Source: Vescimonas coprocola
GTDB lineage: Bacteria > Bacillota_I > Bacilli_A > RF39 > UBA660
Assembly (NCBI GenBank): GCA_963660615.1
Contig: CAVKYE010000002.1
Coordinates: 24,073-88,072 of the forward strand
Length of the DNA: 64,000 bases
Direction of reading: 5' to 3'
Below, piece by piece: positions 32,087 through 42,840 of the stretch. The position numbers were made by a program, and so were the translations under genes. The notes below the pieces were generated by a model, which made no database searches, was not told the DNA's origin, and was given only the letters and a program-made list of their open reading frames with translations. Numbering within the stretch: the first letter of the stretch is position 1; every line of letters begins with the position of its first letter.

Positions 32087-34118
32087 AATATTCACGCTTC
32101 TAATATTTCTAGTATCATTAGCCTATACCATATATAAAGTAAACAACCCACCAAAAAGCCTATACCAAAACGAAAACAAAATAACAGGTATAATAACAAA
32201 CTGTCAAACAACAAAAAACGCCACCAAAATAACCCTAAAAGCCAAAGAAAAAATCATCATAAATGATTATAATAACTTCAATTGTAAAATAGGTCTAAAA
32301 ATAATCGCCGAAGGGGAACTAAAACCACCAGAAAAAAACACCATCTTCAGCACATTTAATTACAAAAATTACCTATTAAGTATAAATGTCAAAAACACCT
32401 TCACCGCCACCAAAATAACAAAAATAAACAAAAATATACAACAAAAATATAAACTAAAAAATCAAATAATAAACTATATAAATAAATTCAAAAGCAAAAA
32501 ATACATAAACGCCTTCATCCTAGGAAACACCAAACAAATAGAAGAAGACGTTCTAAATAGCTATCAAAACAATGGCATAAGTCATCTTTTAGCTATATCC
32601 GGAATGCACATAACATTGCTTTCCTTAATAATCCTTTTCATTTTAAAACAAATATCAAAAAATGAAAAACTAAATTACACAATCGTAATCACCATCCTAA
32701 TATTTTATGCATTTCTAGTAAATTTCACCCCACCAGTCACAAGAGCCCTTTTGCTCTTTATTGCCCTAACCATCAAAAAAGTTCTAAATCTAAAAACAAA
32801 AACAATATACTTTCTTATATTAATTTGTGCCATATTACTATTAAAAAACCCTTACAACATCTACAATATAGGCTTCTTATTTTCATTCATCGTTTCATTT
32901 TATCTAATCTTATTTCAAAACATATACCAAAAACAAAAAAACTACATAAAAAAAACATTCATAATATCCTTAATCTCATTTATCGTAGGAGTGCCAATTC
33001 TAATTATAAATTTTCATACTATAAATTTCCTAAGCCCATTTATAAATATAATATTTGTTCCATTAGTATCCATAATAATTTATCCGCTTTCATTACTAAC
33101 CCTAATTATCCATCCATTAGATAACCTATTATATACTTTAACAAAAATCATGGAAACCATGTCACTAAACATCGAAAAAATAACCATTTTTACCATAACC
33201 TTAAAACACATAAATATTACCATAGTAATCTTGTATTATATCTTAATTACATACACCTTAAATAGCATCAAAAAAAATAATTACACACCCCTAATTTTAT
33301 TAATAACCATACTAATAATTCATAATCAAATAAACATAGTAGATAAAAATCTAAAAGTAATCATAATAGACGTTGGCCAAGGTGATAGCATACTTCTAAA
33401 ATTCCCACACTCCAAAGCAAACATCCTAATAGACACAGGAGGAATCATAAACTACACAAATAAAAAAACATATAGCCTCGCCAAAAACAAAATAATACCA
33501 TACTTAAAAAGCGAAGGAATAACCAAATTAGACTATCTCATAACAACCCATGGAGATTTCGATCATATGGGTGAATCAATAAACTTAGTTAACAACTTTA
33601 AAGTAGAAAAAGTAATTTTTAACTGTGGTGAGTATAATGATTTAGAAAACAAATTAATCAGCACATTAAAAACAAAAAACATTAAATATTATTCATGCAT
33701 TAACGAATTAAATATAAAAAAATATAAATTACAATTTTTAAACACAAAAAATTACACCGATGAAAATACAAATAGTAATGTTATTTATCTAAATTATAAT
33801 AATTATAAATTTTTATTCATGGGAGATACTTCTATACAAAAAGAAAAAGACATCCTAAAAAAATATAATCTAAGTAATATTGATTTCTTAAAAGTTGGCC
33901 ATCATGGTTCCAATACATCTAGTAGTAAAAAATTTATAAATAAGGTTAACCCCAAATATTCTTTAATAAGTGTTGGTAAAAACAATAGATATGGTCACCC
34001 TAAAAAAGAAGTCTTAAAAACTCTAAGTAAATCTAAAATATATAGAACCGATAAAGATGGTAGTATAAAAATAACTATAAAACCAAAAGTATATAATATT
34101 AAAACCTGCGCTCCTTAA
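32055..34118 (+). CDS. comEC: DNA internalization competence protein ComEC/Rec2
   Basis: Polytopic competence domain (NGISHLLAISGMHI) plus a C-terminal metallo-beta-lactamase domain (IIIDVGQGDSILL, TTHGDFDHMG, VGHHGS). Confidence 0.9.
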   Translation: MKKSSQILPFEIFTLLIFLVSLAYTIYKVNNPPKSLYQNENKITGIITNCQTTKNATKITLKAKEKIIINDYNNFNCKIGLKIIAEGELKPPEKNTIFSTFNYKNYLLSINVKNTFTATKITKINKNIQQKYKLKNQIINYINKFKSKKYINAFILGNTKQIEEDVLNSYQNNGISHLLAISGMHITLLSLIILFILKQISKNEKLNYTIVITILIFYAFLVNFTPPVTRALLLFIALTIKKVLNLKTKTIYFLILICAILLLKNPYNIYNIGFLFSFIVSFYLILFQNIYQKQKNYIKKTFIISLISFIVGVPILIINFHTINFLSPFINIIFVPLVSIIIYPLSLLTLIIHPLDNLLYTLTKIMETMSLNIEKITIFTITLKHINITIVILYYILITYTLNSIKKNNYTPLILLITILIIHNQINIVDKNLKVIIIDVGQGDSILLKFPHSKANILIDTGGIINYTNKKTYSLAKNKIIPYLKSEGITKLDYLITTHGDFDHMGESINLVNNFKVEKVIFNCGEYNDLENKLISTLKTKNIKYYSCINELNIKKYKLQFLNTKNYTDENTNSNVIYLNYNNYKFLFMGDTSIQKEKDILKKYNLSNIDFLKVGHHGSNTSSSKKFINKVNPKYSLISVGKNNRYGHPKKEVLKTLSKSKIYRTDKDGSIKITIKPKVYNIKTCAP

Positions 34119-34299
34119 AATAAAAAACAAAATAATAGTTTAATTATTTATACAAAAACAAAAAATACGAATATATTATTAATGAAGATGAGAAAAAATA
34201 CATACATCAAGAAAAAAAGAATATAATAAAAATGAAAAACTCATCTTCAAAATACCACAAAACACCTATGTAAAGGTATAAAATTGTATGGTCACCCCC

Positions 34300-34430
34300 A
34301 CAAACTTTGAATAAAATAATTCTAATTACCCAAAAAGATGGCAAAGCCATCTAAAAAAGCCCGCTATGCATTAGCGTTTAATATAGATAGGCTCAAAGCC
34401 AAAACATGATAGATTTTATCATGTTTTTTT
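34300..34430 (+). ncRNA. candidate small structured RNA (three hairpins ending in a terminator)
   Basis: Hairpins at 34337-34351 (gatggc-aaa-gccatc), 34362-34376 (cgcta-tgcat-tagcg) and 34403-34425, followed by a T run. No ORF and no known family recognised. The 5' end is not defined. Confidence 0.2.
34403..34430 (+). terminator. intrinsic terminator
   Basis: Stem aacatgata / tatcatgtt with a 5-nt loop, then TTTTT. Confidence 0.65.
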
Positions 34431-34543
34431 ATCAAAATACTAAAATTTTATAAAAAAATCAAAAAAATATGAATTTTTTGTAAAAAAAAGAAGGAAATTA
34501 GGAAAAAATATCGTATATTATATATAGAGGGGGATTTTTGCCT

Positions 34544-36271
34544 ATGAATCGTTTAAGCCAAGAACAAATAAACGAAATAAGAAACAGTGTAGATATAGTT
34601 GATGTTATCTCAAATTATGTTTCACTAACGCCACAAGGTAAAAACTACTTTGGTGTCTGTCCATTCCACGATGATAATAATCCAAGTATGAGCGTCAGTA
34701 GAGATAAAAAAATCTACAAATGTTTCTCTTGCGGCGCAACTGGAACAATATTCAAATTCATCATGGATTATGAAAATATATCATTCATCCAAGCCGTCAA
34801 AAAAGTAGCCGATTTAGGTGGTATAAATATAAACATAGAACTTCCCAAAGCCAAACAAAGCTACACGCACCTGCACGATTTATATGACCTAAGTTTAAAA
34901 TTCTACATAAATAACATAAATACAATCGAAGGAAAAACCGCTAAAGAATATCTAAAAAAAAGAGAAATAAGCGAAACCATAATAAAAGAATTTCAAATAG
35001 GCCTCTCTTTAAAAAACAAAGATAGCTTATCTAAAATACTAGAAAAAAAATATAGTGAAAAAGAATTACTAGAAAGTGGATTAGTAAAAAAAACTAGTTA
35101 TAACTATCAAGACCTTTTTCATGACCGCATAATGTTTCCATTATATGACCTAGAAGGGAATCCAGTCGCCTATAGTGGCAGAATTTATAATAAAGAAGAC
35201 CCTTCAAAATATATAAACACAAAAGAAACAGTCTTATTTAAAAAAGGCGAACTCCTCTATAACTACCACAGAGCCAAAGACATAGCCCGCAAAAAAAATC
35301 AAATAATCATTATGGAAGGCTTTATGGATGTCATAAGAGCATATACCATCGGAATAAAAAACGTAGTAGCTACCATGGGGACCGCCGTAACATCACATCA
35401 AGCTACCATAATATCCAAAATGGCTAAAGAAATAATCCTCTGTTTTGATGGTGACAAAGCTGGTGAAAAAGCCACCCTATCATGTGCTGATGAACTAATA
35501 AAAAAAGGTATAACCCCAAAAGTAATTAGACTAGAAGAAGGCCTAGATCCCGATGAATACATCAAAAAATATGGCAAAGAAAAATTTGAAATAAAATTAA
35601 AAAATCCCATAAGCATCATGGACTTCAAACTATCACATCTAAAACAAAACAAAAATCTAAATAGTGTCATCGACGAAGCCAAGTACATAAACGAAGCCAT
35701 AAACGAAATAAATAAAATTAATGATGACATTCTAAAAGAAATAACCATAAAAAAAATAGTCTCCGAAACAAATATATCAGAAAGTTTAATAAGAGAAAAA
35801 ATCACCACAAACAAGCCTGTCATCCCAAAAACAAAACAAATAAAAATAAAAACCGACAAATATGAAGTCGCCCAAAGAAATCTACTTTTCTACATGCTAA
35901 AAAGTAGTGAAATCGTCAAAATGTATCAAAACAAAGTCACATACATCCCAAACAAAGAATATAGATGCCTAGCTAGAGAAATAAATAGTTTTTATAAAGA
36001 AAATGGATTCATAAACGAAGCCGATCTAATAGACTACGTAGAATGTGACGAAGAAATTTTAAACACCATCTCAAAAATAGAAAATTCAAACCTAAAAGAA
36101 AATTATACAATAAACGAAATAGAAGATTACATAAAAGTTATAAAAGATTACAACATAAAAAACGAAACAAAAAGATTAAAAGAACAAATGAAAAAAGAAA
36201 TAGATCCCATAGAAAAAGCTAAAATAGCTCAAAGAATAATCGACTTAAAAAAGGAGTGTTACAATGTTTAA
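34544..36271 (+). CDS. dnaG: DNA primase
   Basis: Zinc finger [13 protein letters not shown]...CFSCG. TOPRIM region IIMEGFMDV and [11 protein letters not shown]. Confidence 0.95.
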   Translation: MNRLSQEQINEIRNSVDIVDVISNYVSLTPQGKNYFGVCPFHDDNNPSMSVSRDKKIYKCFSCGATGTIFKFIMDYENISFIQAVKKVADLGGININIELPKAKQSYTHLHDLYDLSLKFYINNINTIEGKTAKEYLKKREISETIIKEFQIGLSLKNKDSLSKILEKKYSEKELLESGLVKKTSYNYQDLFHDRIMFPLYDLEGNPVAYSGRIYNKEDPSKYINTKETVLFKKGELLYNYHRAKDIARKKNQIIIMEGFMDVIRAYTIGIKNVVATMGTAVTSHQATIISKMAKEIILCFDGDKAGEKATLSCADELIKKGITPKVIRLEEGLDPDEYIKKYGKEKFEIKLKNPISIMDFKLSHLKQNKNLNSVIDEAKYINEAINEINKINDDILKEITIKKIVSETNISESLIREKITTNKPVIPKTKQIKIKTDKYEVAQRNLLFYMLKSSEIVKMYQNKVTYIPNKEYRCLAREINSFYKENGFINEADLIDYVECDEEILNTISKIENSNLKENYTINEIEDYIKVIKDYNIKNETKRLKEQMKKEIDPIEKAKIAQRIIDLKKECYNV

Positions 36272-37337
36272 TGAAATAAAATCATTCGAAGAAAGAAAAA
36301 AAGAATTAATTACAATAGGAAAGAAAAAAGGAATAATAACATATGAAGAATTAGCCGAAAAACTAAAAGGACTAGAACTAGACTCAGACTCATTAGATGA
36401 ACTATATAATGCATTCAATGAAAATAACATTCAAATAGTATCTGAAAATCCCGAAGATGATGATACAGAAGGACACACTGGAGACGAAATTCTCACCAAA
36501 GATTTAACCATAAACGATCCAGTTAGAATGTACCTAAAAGAAATAGGACAAATAAAATTGTTAACCAACGAAGAAGAGTCTGTACTAGCCGATAGAATAG
36601 CTGAAGGTGACGAAGAAGCAAAAGCCATACTAGCAGAAGCTAATCTAAGACTAGTAGTAAGTATCGCAAAAAGATATGTAGGAAGAGGAATGCTATTTCT
36701 AGACCTAATTCAAGAAGGAAACATCGGTCTTATGAAAGCCGTAGAAAAATTTGACGTTTCAAAAGGATACAAATTCTCAACCTATGCCACATGGTGGATA
36801 AGACAAGCTATCACAAGAGCCATAGCCGATCAAGCAAGAACCATAAGAGTACCAGTTCATATGGTAGAAACCATAAACAAACTAGCTAGAGTAGAAAGAC
36901 AACTAACACTAGAATTAAATAGAGAACCAACCGAAGAAGAACTATCAAAAAAAATGGGGACATCAGTAGAAAAAATAAGAGATATTTATAAAATATCTCA
37001 AGAACCAGTAAGCCTAGAAACCCCAATCGGAGAAGAAGATGATTCACACTTAGGAGATTTCATCCCAGACGAAACAAACATGAGCCCAGAAGATTTTGCT
37101 ATAAACGAACTACTAAAAGACGAAATATCAGAAGTATTATTAACCCTAACAGAAAGAGAAGAAAAAGTAATAAGACTAAGATTCGGCCTAGAAGACGGAA
37201 GACCAAGAACCCTAGAAGAAGTAGGACAACTATTCGGAGTAACAAGAGAACGTATAAGACAAATAGAAGCAAAAGCACTAAGAAAACTAAGACATCCATC
37301 AAGAAGTAGAAAATTAAAAGATTACCTAGGCGACTAA
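36264..37337 (+). CDS. sigA: primary RNA polymerase sigma factor (SigA/RpoD)
   Basis: Region 2 is [32 protein letters not shown]. Region 4.2 is [30 protein letters not shown]. Lies downstream of dnaG as in Bacillus. Confidence 0.97.
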   Translation: MFNEIKSFEERKKELITIGKKKGIITYEELAEKLKGLELDSDSLDELYNAFNENNIQIVSENPEDDDTEGHTGDEILTKDLTINDPVRMYLKEIGQIKLLTNEEESVLADRIAEGDEEAKAILAEANLRLVVSIAKRYVGRGMLFLDLIQEGNIGLMKAVEKFDVSKGYKFSTYATWWIRQAITRAIADQARTIRVPVHMVETINKLARVERQLTLELNREPTEEELSKKMGTSVEKIRDIYKISQEPVSLETPIGEEDDSHLGDFIPDETNMSPEDFAINELLKDEISEVLLTLTEREEKVIRLRFGLEDGRPRTLEEVGQLFGVTRERIRQIEAKALRKLRHPSRSRKLKDYLGD

Positions 37338-37930
37338 TGCTTTCAAAAAGACTAAAAACAATATGTGATCTCGTTCCCGAAAAGTCAAAAATAATAGACG
37401 TTGGAACCGACCATGCATACGTTCCAATATACCTAACAAAATACAAAAAATGTACATGTTTAGCTACCGACATCTCCGAAAAATGCATAGAAAAAGCAAA
37501 AAAAAACATAGGAACTTTAAACATCAAAACCAAAGTAACTGATGGACTTAACGATATAGACATAAAAGATAATATAATAATCATATCTGGAATGGGCACA
37601 AACACCATTTTAAACATCATAAAAAAAGTCAAAACAAACGACCTAATCATAAGTACCCATAACCACGTCCCAGAATTAAAAAAAGCCCTAAAGAAAAAAG
37701 ACTATAAAATACATAAAGAAAAAGTAATATTCGAAAAACATTTCTATACAATAACCTACTATAAATATAAAAAAGGGAAAAAAATAAAACCATTTAAAAT
37801 AAATGATGAAACTTACAGAAAATACATGACAAACTATTACAAAATGAAATATAAAAAATCAAAAAAAATAAAAGACAAAATAAAATACAAATATCTAATA
37901 ATAAAAACTAACTCCAAAGCCCAATTTTAA
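37337..37930 (+). CDS. trmK: tRNA (adenine22-N1)-methyltransferase TrmK
   Basis: LSKRLKTICDLV, IIDVGTDHAYVPIYL, TDGL and ISGMGTNTI match the Bacillus TrmK/YqfN pattern. Position after sigA is conserved. Confidence 0.8.
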   Translation: MLSKRLKTICDLVPEKSKIIDVGTDHAYVPIYLTKYKKCTCLATDISEKCIEKAKKNIGTLNIKTKVTDGLNDIDIKDNIIIISGMGTNTILNIIKKVKTNDLIISTHNHVPELKKALKKKDYKIHKEKVIFEKHFYTITYYKYKKGKKIKPFKINDETYRKYMTNYYKMKYKKSKKIKDKIKYKYLIIKTNSKAQF

Positions 37931-38065
37931 TTTTATTATAAACACTTTACTAATTTATCAAAAATCTAATGATAATTAATACAAGAATAAAAAACTATGA
38001 TTATCTTTAACATTAAAATTTTTTTCGCAAGAAAACAAAAAAACACTTCACAAAATAAAAAAAAG

Positions 38066-38074
38066 TGCTATAAT
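38066..38074 (+). promoter_or_regulatory. extended -10 element (TGcTATAAT) with no downstream ORF
   Basis: tgctataat read directly. Its nearest downstream features are a long hairpin and a terminator. Confidence 0.35.
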
Positions 38075-38084
38075 GAAAATGCCC

Positions 38085-38248
38085 TTAAAAATAAAAACAA
38101 AATTTTACAAATCCCAACGAGGGAAATTAAAAACTTAATTTCTCTACTGGGGTTTATAAAAACTAATTTTATTTCTCTTCTCATAACCTATTATAATAAA
38201 TTTAAAAATATATAAACCCCAAAAAGGAAACACAAAGTTTCCTTTTTT
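38085..38248 (+). ncRNA. candidate small RNA between trmK and the yqfQ-like gene
   Basis: Downstream of the extended -10 element lies the hairpin 38113-38152 (ccca..gagggaaattaa-aaac-ttaatttctc..tggg) and then the terminator 38226-38248. The overlapping track ORF 37997-38215 is low-complexity. Confidence 0.25.
38226..38248. terminator. bidirectional intrinsic terminator
   Basis: ggaaac-acaaa-gtttcc flanked by an A run and a T run. Also serves the minus-strand gene ending at 38248. Confidence 0.65.
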
Positions 38249-38604
38249 TAAGCAAAAAAAGTAGGACCAGATGAATTAGAATTTAAATTTTGATCAAAAT
38301 TATTTTCTAAATCCTCATAAGAGCCAGATTTAACACTACCTTTATTTAAATCACTCGAAAGAGTATCAACCTTTTTAAATTCATTCATAACCCTAAACAT
38401 CGTTTTCGCATTTTTAATAGCTGGTGTAACCTGTTTAATAATAGGAATAGCTTGATTAACAATTCCTAAAGTCCTTTGTGTTCCATTAATAACACTTCCC
38501 AAAGTAAGCCTACCACCACCCAAAGCACCTCTTAAAGAGGCCAATAAAGAAGGTCTAGCCACACTCATAGGAATCGTATAAAAATAAGGATTATAATAGT
38601 TCAT
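38248..38604 (-). CDS. VrrA/YqfQ-family-like small protein
   Basis: 118 aa containing INGTQRTLGIVNQAIPIIKQVTPAIKNAKTMFRVM. Its location near sigA-trmK mirrors the Bacillus yqf region. Motif recall only. Confidence 0.5.
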   Translation of the reverse strand: MNYYNPYFYTIPMSVARPSLLASLRGALGGGRLTLGSVINGTQRTLGIVNQAIPIIKQVTPAIKNAKTMFRVMNEFKKVDTLSSDLNKGSVKSGSYEDLENNFDQNLNSNSSGPTFFA

Positions 38605-38672
38605 ATATCATTACTTCCTTCCATTTTATTATATGTTTTTTCTAAAAAAAAGTTTTATTTAAATTCAAAATA

Positions 38673-38681
38673 TGTTATAAT
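38673..38681 (+). promoter_or_regulatory. extended -10 element (TGtTATAAT)
   Basis: tgttataat lies 41 nt upstream of the pilC-like start. Confidence 0.4.
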
Positions 38682-38721
38682 AAACCTAGCAGAATAAAAA
38701 TAAAGAAGGGTACGGTGTAAC

Positions 38722-40479
38722 ATGGGGCTTAAAATACTACTATTACCATGCATTTATGTATACAAATTCTTATCAGGCATTATAAAATGTATCATAAGGG
38801 GTTTCACATTAACATTTAAAACAATATTCAAATTCATAGGATATGTATTTAAAGGATTTAAAATTTTCCCAATAATAATACTTAGTGTTCTGTCAAAACC
38901 CATAGAAGCGTTGCAAATATTATCCAGTTCTATAAAACAAAAAAACAAAGAAAAAAGAGAAATAAAAATTAAAAAACATAATGAAAATACAAAAAAAACA
39001 GAAGTAAAAGAATATAAAATAAAAGAAGAAAAGAAAAAAGCCCATAAAAAAGAAAAAACACCAAAATACAAAAAGGAAGAATATATAAATCCTAATATAA
39101 AATTAGAGAAAAAAACATTAGGAGATATATTAGAAGCCATCGGTAAAGCTATAGTTGAAATACCAGCGAAATTAAAAAAACACACAAAAAAATCAAAAAA
39201 AGCTGACTTAACCCCATTAATACTTGATTTTAATGGGGAAGACGCTAAAAAAAGCAAAATAAAACAAACATATGAATACGTTGTCAAAGACAAAGAAGGA
39301 AAAATCATCAAAGGATATTTTGACGCTTTTTCAAAAGTAGATGTTCATTCATTCTTGATAAGCGAAGGATATACCGTTTACAGCATTAAAACTTCAAACA
39401 TGATACAATTCCTTCATGGTAGTAGAAACAAAAGTAATGGAAAATTCAAAATAAAAGATTTAATTTTCTTACTAGCACAGTTATCAACATACTTAAAAGC
39501 AGGAATACCATTAGTAGAGGCCATAAGTATATTAATAAAACAATTTCCAAAGAAAAACTACCAAAAAATCTTAGAAGGCGTTAAATATGATCTGTCAACT
39601 GGTCAAAGTTTTAGTGAAGCCCTAAGCAAACAAGATGAAGCTTTTCCTAGATTATTAATAAACATGGTTAAAGCATCAGAAATGACCGGAGAATTGCCAG
39701 AAGCCCTAGACGATATGGACGAATATTATACCGAAACTGAAGCAACCAGAAAAGCCATGGTAAGCGCTATGATGTACCCAGTAATAATATTCATAATTGC
39801 CATAGGAGTAGGATCATTTATAATGCTATACGTAGTTCCTCAGTTCGTTGAAATATACGAAAGCATGGATACCGAACTTCCTGGTATCACAAAATTTGTA
39901 TTAGGCCTAAGTAGTTTCCTAACTGATTACATAGTCATAATAGGTATTGCATTCATAGCCTTTGTATTAATATTCGCATACCTTTATAAAAAAGTAAAAG
40001 CCTTTAGATATCACGTTCAACATTTTTTAATGAAACTTCCAATCTTCGGTAATGTAATTATCTATAACGAAGTAACAATGTTTACCAAAACATTCGCATC
40101 ATTACTTGCCCACAATGTATTTATAACTGACAGTATGGATATATTAAACAAAGTAACAAACAACGAAATATATAAAAATTTAATAACCGACGCTATAACA
40201 AATGTTGCCAAAGGCGGCAAAATATCACAAGCCTTCAAAGATCATTGGGCATTTCCAATTCCAGCTTATGAAATGATAGTAACTGGTGAACGTACTGGAC
40301 AATTACCAGAAATGATGCACAAAGTATCACTATACTATCAAGATTTACACAAAAATGCCGTTGCCAGAATAAAAACATTCATAGAACCAGTCATGATAAT
40401 CTTACTAACTGGTATGGTAGGAGTTATCGTTCTTGCAATAGTTATACCAATGTTTGACATGTATAGCGCAATTCAGTAA
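38722..40479 (+). CDS. type II secretion system F / PilC / ComGB-family platform protein with a long N-terminal extension
   Basis: The canonical region starts near YEYVVKDKEGKIIKGYFDA. It has two GspF repeats (LSTYLKAGIPLVEAI and FASLLAHNVFITDSM) and three TM helices. The first ~180 aa (TM plus a K-rich tract) are extra. Confidence 0.85.
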   Translation: MGLKILLLPCIYVYKFLSGIIKCIIRGFTLTFKTIFKFIGYVFKGFKIFPIIILSVLSKPIEALQILSSSIKQKNKEKREIKIKKHNENTKKTEVKEYKIKEEKKKAHKKEKTPKYKKEEYINPNIKLEKKTLGDILEAIGKAIVEIPAKLKKHTKKSKKADLTPLILDFNGEDAKKSKIKQTYEYVVKDKEGKIIKGYFDAFSKVDVHSFLISEGYTVYSIKTSNMIQFLHGSRNKSNGKFKIKDLIFLLAQLSTYLKAGIPLVEAISILIKQFPKKNYQKILEGVKYDLSTGQSFSEALSKQDEAFPRLLINMVKASEMTGELPEALDDMDEYYTETEATRKAMVSAMMYPVIIFIIAIGVGSFIMLYVVPQFVEIYESMDTELPGITKFVLGLSSFLTDYIVIIGIAFIAFVLIFAYLYKKVKAFRYHVQHFLMKLPIFGNVIIYNEVTMFTKTFASLLAHNVFITDSMDILNKVTNNEIYKNLITDAITNVAKGGKISQAFKDHWAFPIPAYEMIVTGERTGQLPEMMHKVSLYYQDLHKNAVARIKTFIEPVMIILLTGMVGVIVLAIVIPMFDMYSAIQ

Positions 40480-40492
40480 AGGGGGAAGTACC

Positions 40493-41257
40493 ATGGAAAT
40501 ATACTATATAATAGTCTTTTTCATCTTTGGAACTATATTTGGTTCCTTTTACAACGTTGTAGGATATAGATTACCAAAAGGTGAATCAATAATCTCCCCA
40601 CCAAGCCACTGTCCAAACTGTAACCACAAACTCACACCACTAGAACTAATACCAATATTATCCTACCTATTTCAAAAAGGCAAATGTAAAAACTGTAAAA
40701 CAAAAATCGCACCATTTTATACAATATTTGAACTAATATCAGGCATTCTTTTTACCCTAAGCTATATCTCATTTGGACTAAATCCATATCTTATAATCGC
40801 CTTAACTTTTATATCACTATTAATAATAATAGTTATAAGCGATTACAATTATATGATAATACCTGATAGCGTTTTAATATTCTTTATAATATTATTAGGT
40901 ATAGAAATAGTAATAATAAATGGACCAACAGAACTACTAAAAAGCATATTCAACGGAACATTAGCCTTCATAACTATGTATCTAATAAAAATAATGGGTG
41001 ACCATATATTCAAAAAAGAATCAATGGGTGGAGGAGACATTAAATTAATGTTTGTATTTGGTTTAGTTCTAGGATATCCTATGAGTTTATTAGCCGTATT
41101 CATAGGCTCAATAATAGGTCTTCCAATATCCCTAATAACCATCAAAAAAAATATAGAACATATAATCCCATTTGGACCATTTCTCGCATCTGGAGCTATA
41201 ATCATATTGCTAACCCAATTAAACTTCGATACACTTTTAAGTCTATATAATATTTAA
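40493..41257 (+). CDS. prepilin peptidase (A24 family, PilD/ComC)
   Basis: GSFYNVVGYRLPKGESIISPPSHCPNCNHKL...CKNCKTKI zinc motif and catalytic GGGDIKLM. Start placed at the ATG after GGGGGAAG. Confidence 0.9.
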   Translation: MEIYYIIVFFIFGTIFGSFYNVVGYRLPKGESIISPPSHCPNCNHKLTPLELIPILSYLFQKGKCKNCKTKIAPFYTIFELISGILFTLSYISFGLNPYLIIALTFISLLIIIVISDYNYMIIPDSVLIFFIILLGIEIVIINGPTELLKSIFNGTLAFITMYLIKIMGDHIFKKESMGGGDIKLMFVFGLVLGYPMSLLAVFIGSIIGLPISLITIKKNIEHIIPFGPFLASGAIIILLTQLNFDTLLSLYNI

Positions 41258-41289
41258 ACTCAAAAAGCCTTTAAAACAAAAGCTTTTTT

Positions 41290-41298
41290 TGGTATAAT
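41290..41298 (+). promoter_or_regulatory. extended -10 element (TGgTATAAT)
   Basis: tggtataat lies 17 nt upstream of the queH ATG. Confidence 0.45.
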
Positions 41299-41314
41299 CA
41301 AAAAAGGAGGCAGT

Positions 41315-41926
41315 ATGAAAACAAACTATAACACAGTAATGGAAGAAATAATAAACAATCTAAAAAGCAAACCTAAACTATTACTACACGCTTGCTGTGG
41401 TGTCTGCAGTAGTGCCGTAATAGAAAGATTAAATGACATATTCGATATCACCATACTTTTTTATAACCCAAACATCTACCCAGAAAAAGAATACCAAAAA
41501 AGACTAGAAACCCAAAGAAAAATAATAAATAAACTAAACAAAAACATAAAATTATTAGAAATAGGATATAACAAAGAAGACTTCGAAAAAATAGCACAAG
41601 GCCTAGAAAAAGAAAAAGAAGGCGGAAAAAGATGCATAAAATGCTACCACCTAAGATTAGAAAAAACCGCCAAAATAGCCAAAGAAAAAAACTATGACTA
41701 CTTCTGTACAACCCTCTCAATAAGTCCATACAAACATTCAAGCACTCTAAATAATCTAGGAAAAGCCCTAGAAAACAAATACAAAATAAAATACCTATAC
41801 TCCGATTTTAAAAAGAAAAACGGCTACAAAAGAAGCGTCGAACTTGCTAAAAAATATAACCTATATAGACAAACCTACTGTGGATGTAAATACGCCAAAA
41901 TCCAAATGGAAAAAGAAAACAACTAA
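41315..41926 (+). CDS. queH: epoxyqueuosine reductase QueH (DUF208)
   Basis: LLLHACCGVCSS near the N-terminus, CIKCYHLR, and C-terminal YCGC. Confidence 0.85.
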   Translation: MKTNYNTVMEEIINNLKSKPKLLLHACCGVCSSAVIERLNDIFDITILFYNPNIYPEKEYQKRLETQRKIINKLNKNIKLLEIGYNKEDFEKIAQGLEKEKEGGKRCIKCYHLRLEKTAKIAKEKNYDYFCTTLSISPYKHSSTLNNLGKALENKYKIKYLYSDFKKKNGYKRSVELAKKYNLYRQTYCGCKYAKIQMEKENN

Positions 41927-41952
41927 CCACCAAAATTCAGGGGAGAAACAAA

Positions 41953-42786
41953 ATGACAAAAAATAAAATATTAAAAATAATAACAGTATTACTCACAAGC
42001 ACCATCCTTTTATATCTAATAATAGATACAAAAACTCAAAACAAACCATTAGAACCATTAAAACAAATACCACAATATCACCCCCAAAATCAGATAACCA
42101 TAACCACTCCAAAACCCCCACAAAAAAGAAAAGAAAAAATAAAATCAATCGTATCAAACAAAACCATATATTTAACATTCGATGATGGTCCAAGTTATCT
42201 AACAAGCGAAATATTAAACATTCTAGAAAAAGAAAACGTAAGTGCAACCTTCTTTGTTATCGGAAAACACATAGAAGAGTATAAAGAAACAGTTAAAAGA
42301 GCCTATAGCGACGGATTTACCATCGCCCTTCATTCAAATACTCACAATTACAAATATATATACTCAAATGATGAAAATTATTTTAATGATTTAAAAGAAA
42401 TAAATGATAAAGTATACAAAATAACAAACACCCATTCAAGAATAGTTAGACTCCCAGGAGGAAGTTCCAACACCGTAAGCAAAAAATATAACGAAGGCAT
42501 TACCACTAGAATAACAAAAAAACTAACAGAAAACGACTATTACTATTTTGATTGGAATGTAGACTCAGGTGACGCTAGTGGAAAATTAACAAAAGAACAA
42601 ATATATAACAATGTCACTCTTAATCTAAAAAATGGTACAAACATCATTCTAATGCATGATACAGCCGTAAAAGAAAGCACCAAAGATGCCCTAGAAGATA
42701 TAATAAAATATGGAAAACAAAACGGATATACATTCGCCAGAATAACCAAAGAAACTACACCTATAAAACACCACGTTAATAATTAA
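41953..42786 (+). CDS. polysaccharide deacetylase (NodB homology domain), membrane anchored
   Basis: IYLTFDDGPS, ATFFVIG, ALHSNTHNY, RLPGGS and LMHD. Confidence 0.9.
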   Translation: MTKNKILKIITVLLTSTILLYLIIDTKTQNKPLEPLKQIPQYHPQNQITITTPKPPQKRKEKIKSIVSNKTIYLTFDDGPSYLTSEILNILEKENVSATFFVIGKHIEEYKETVKRAYSDGFTIALHSNTHNYKYIYSNDENYFNDLKEINDKVYKITNTHSRIVRLPGGSSNTVSKKYNEGITTRITKKLTENDYYYFDWNVDSGDASGKLTKEQIYNNVTLNLKNGTNIILMHDTAVKESTKDALEDIIKYGKQNGYTFARITKETTPIKHHVNN

Positions 42787-42840
42787 CATTGACAACTATT
42801 AAAAAAAATGATATTATAAGCCCTAAAAAAGGGGGATAAT

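Noticed and set aside
37997-38215. The 72-aa plus-strand ORF (MIIFNIKIFFARKQKNTSQNKKK...).
   Set aside because: Low-complexity K/N-rich translation without an SD. The region is better explained as a non-coding spacer with a promoter, hairpin and terminator.
41258-41314. A preQ1 or other riboswitch in front of queH.
   Set aside because: Only 57 nt are available. They are occupied by the upstream gene's terminator-like sequence, an extended -10 element and the SD. No aptamer-like structure is visible.
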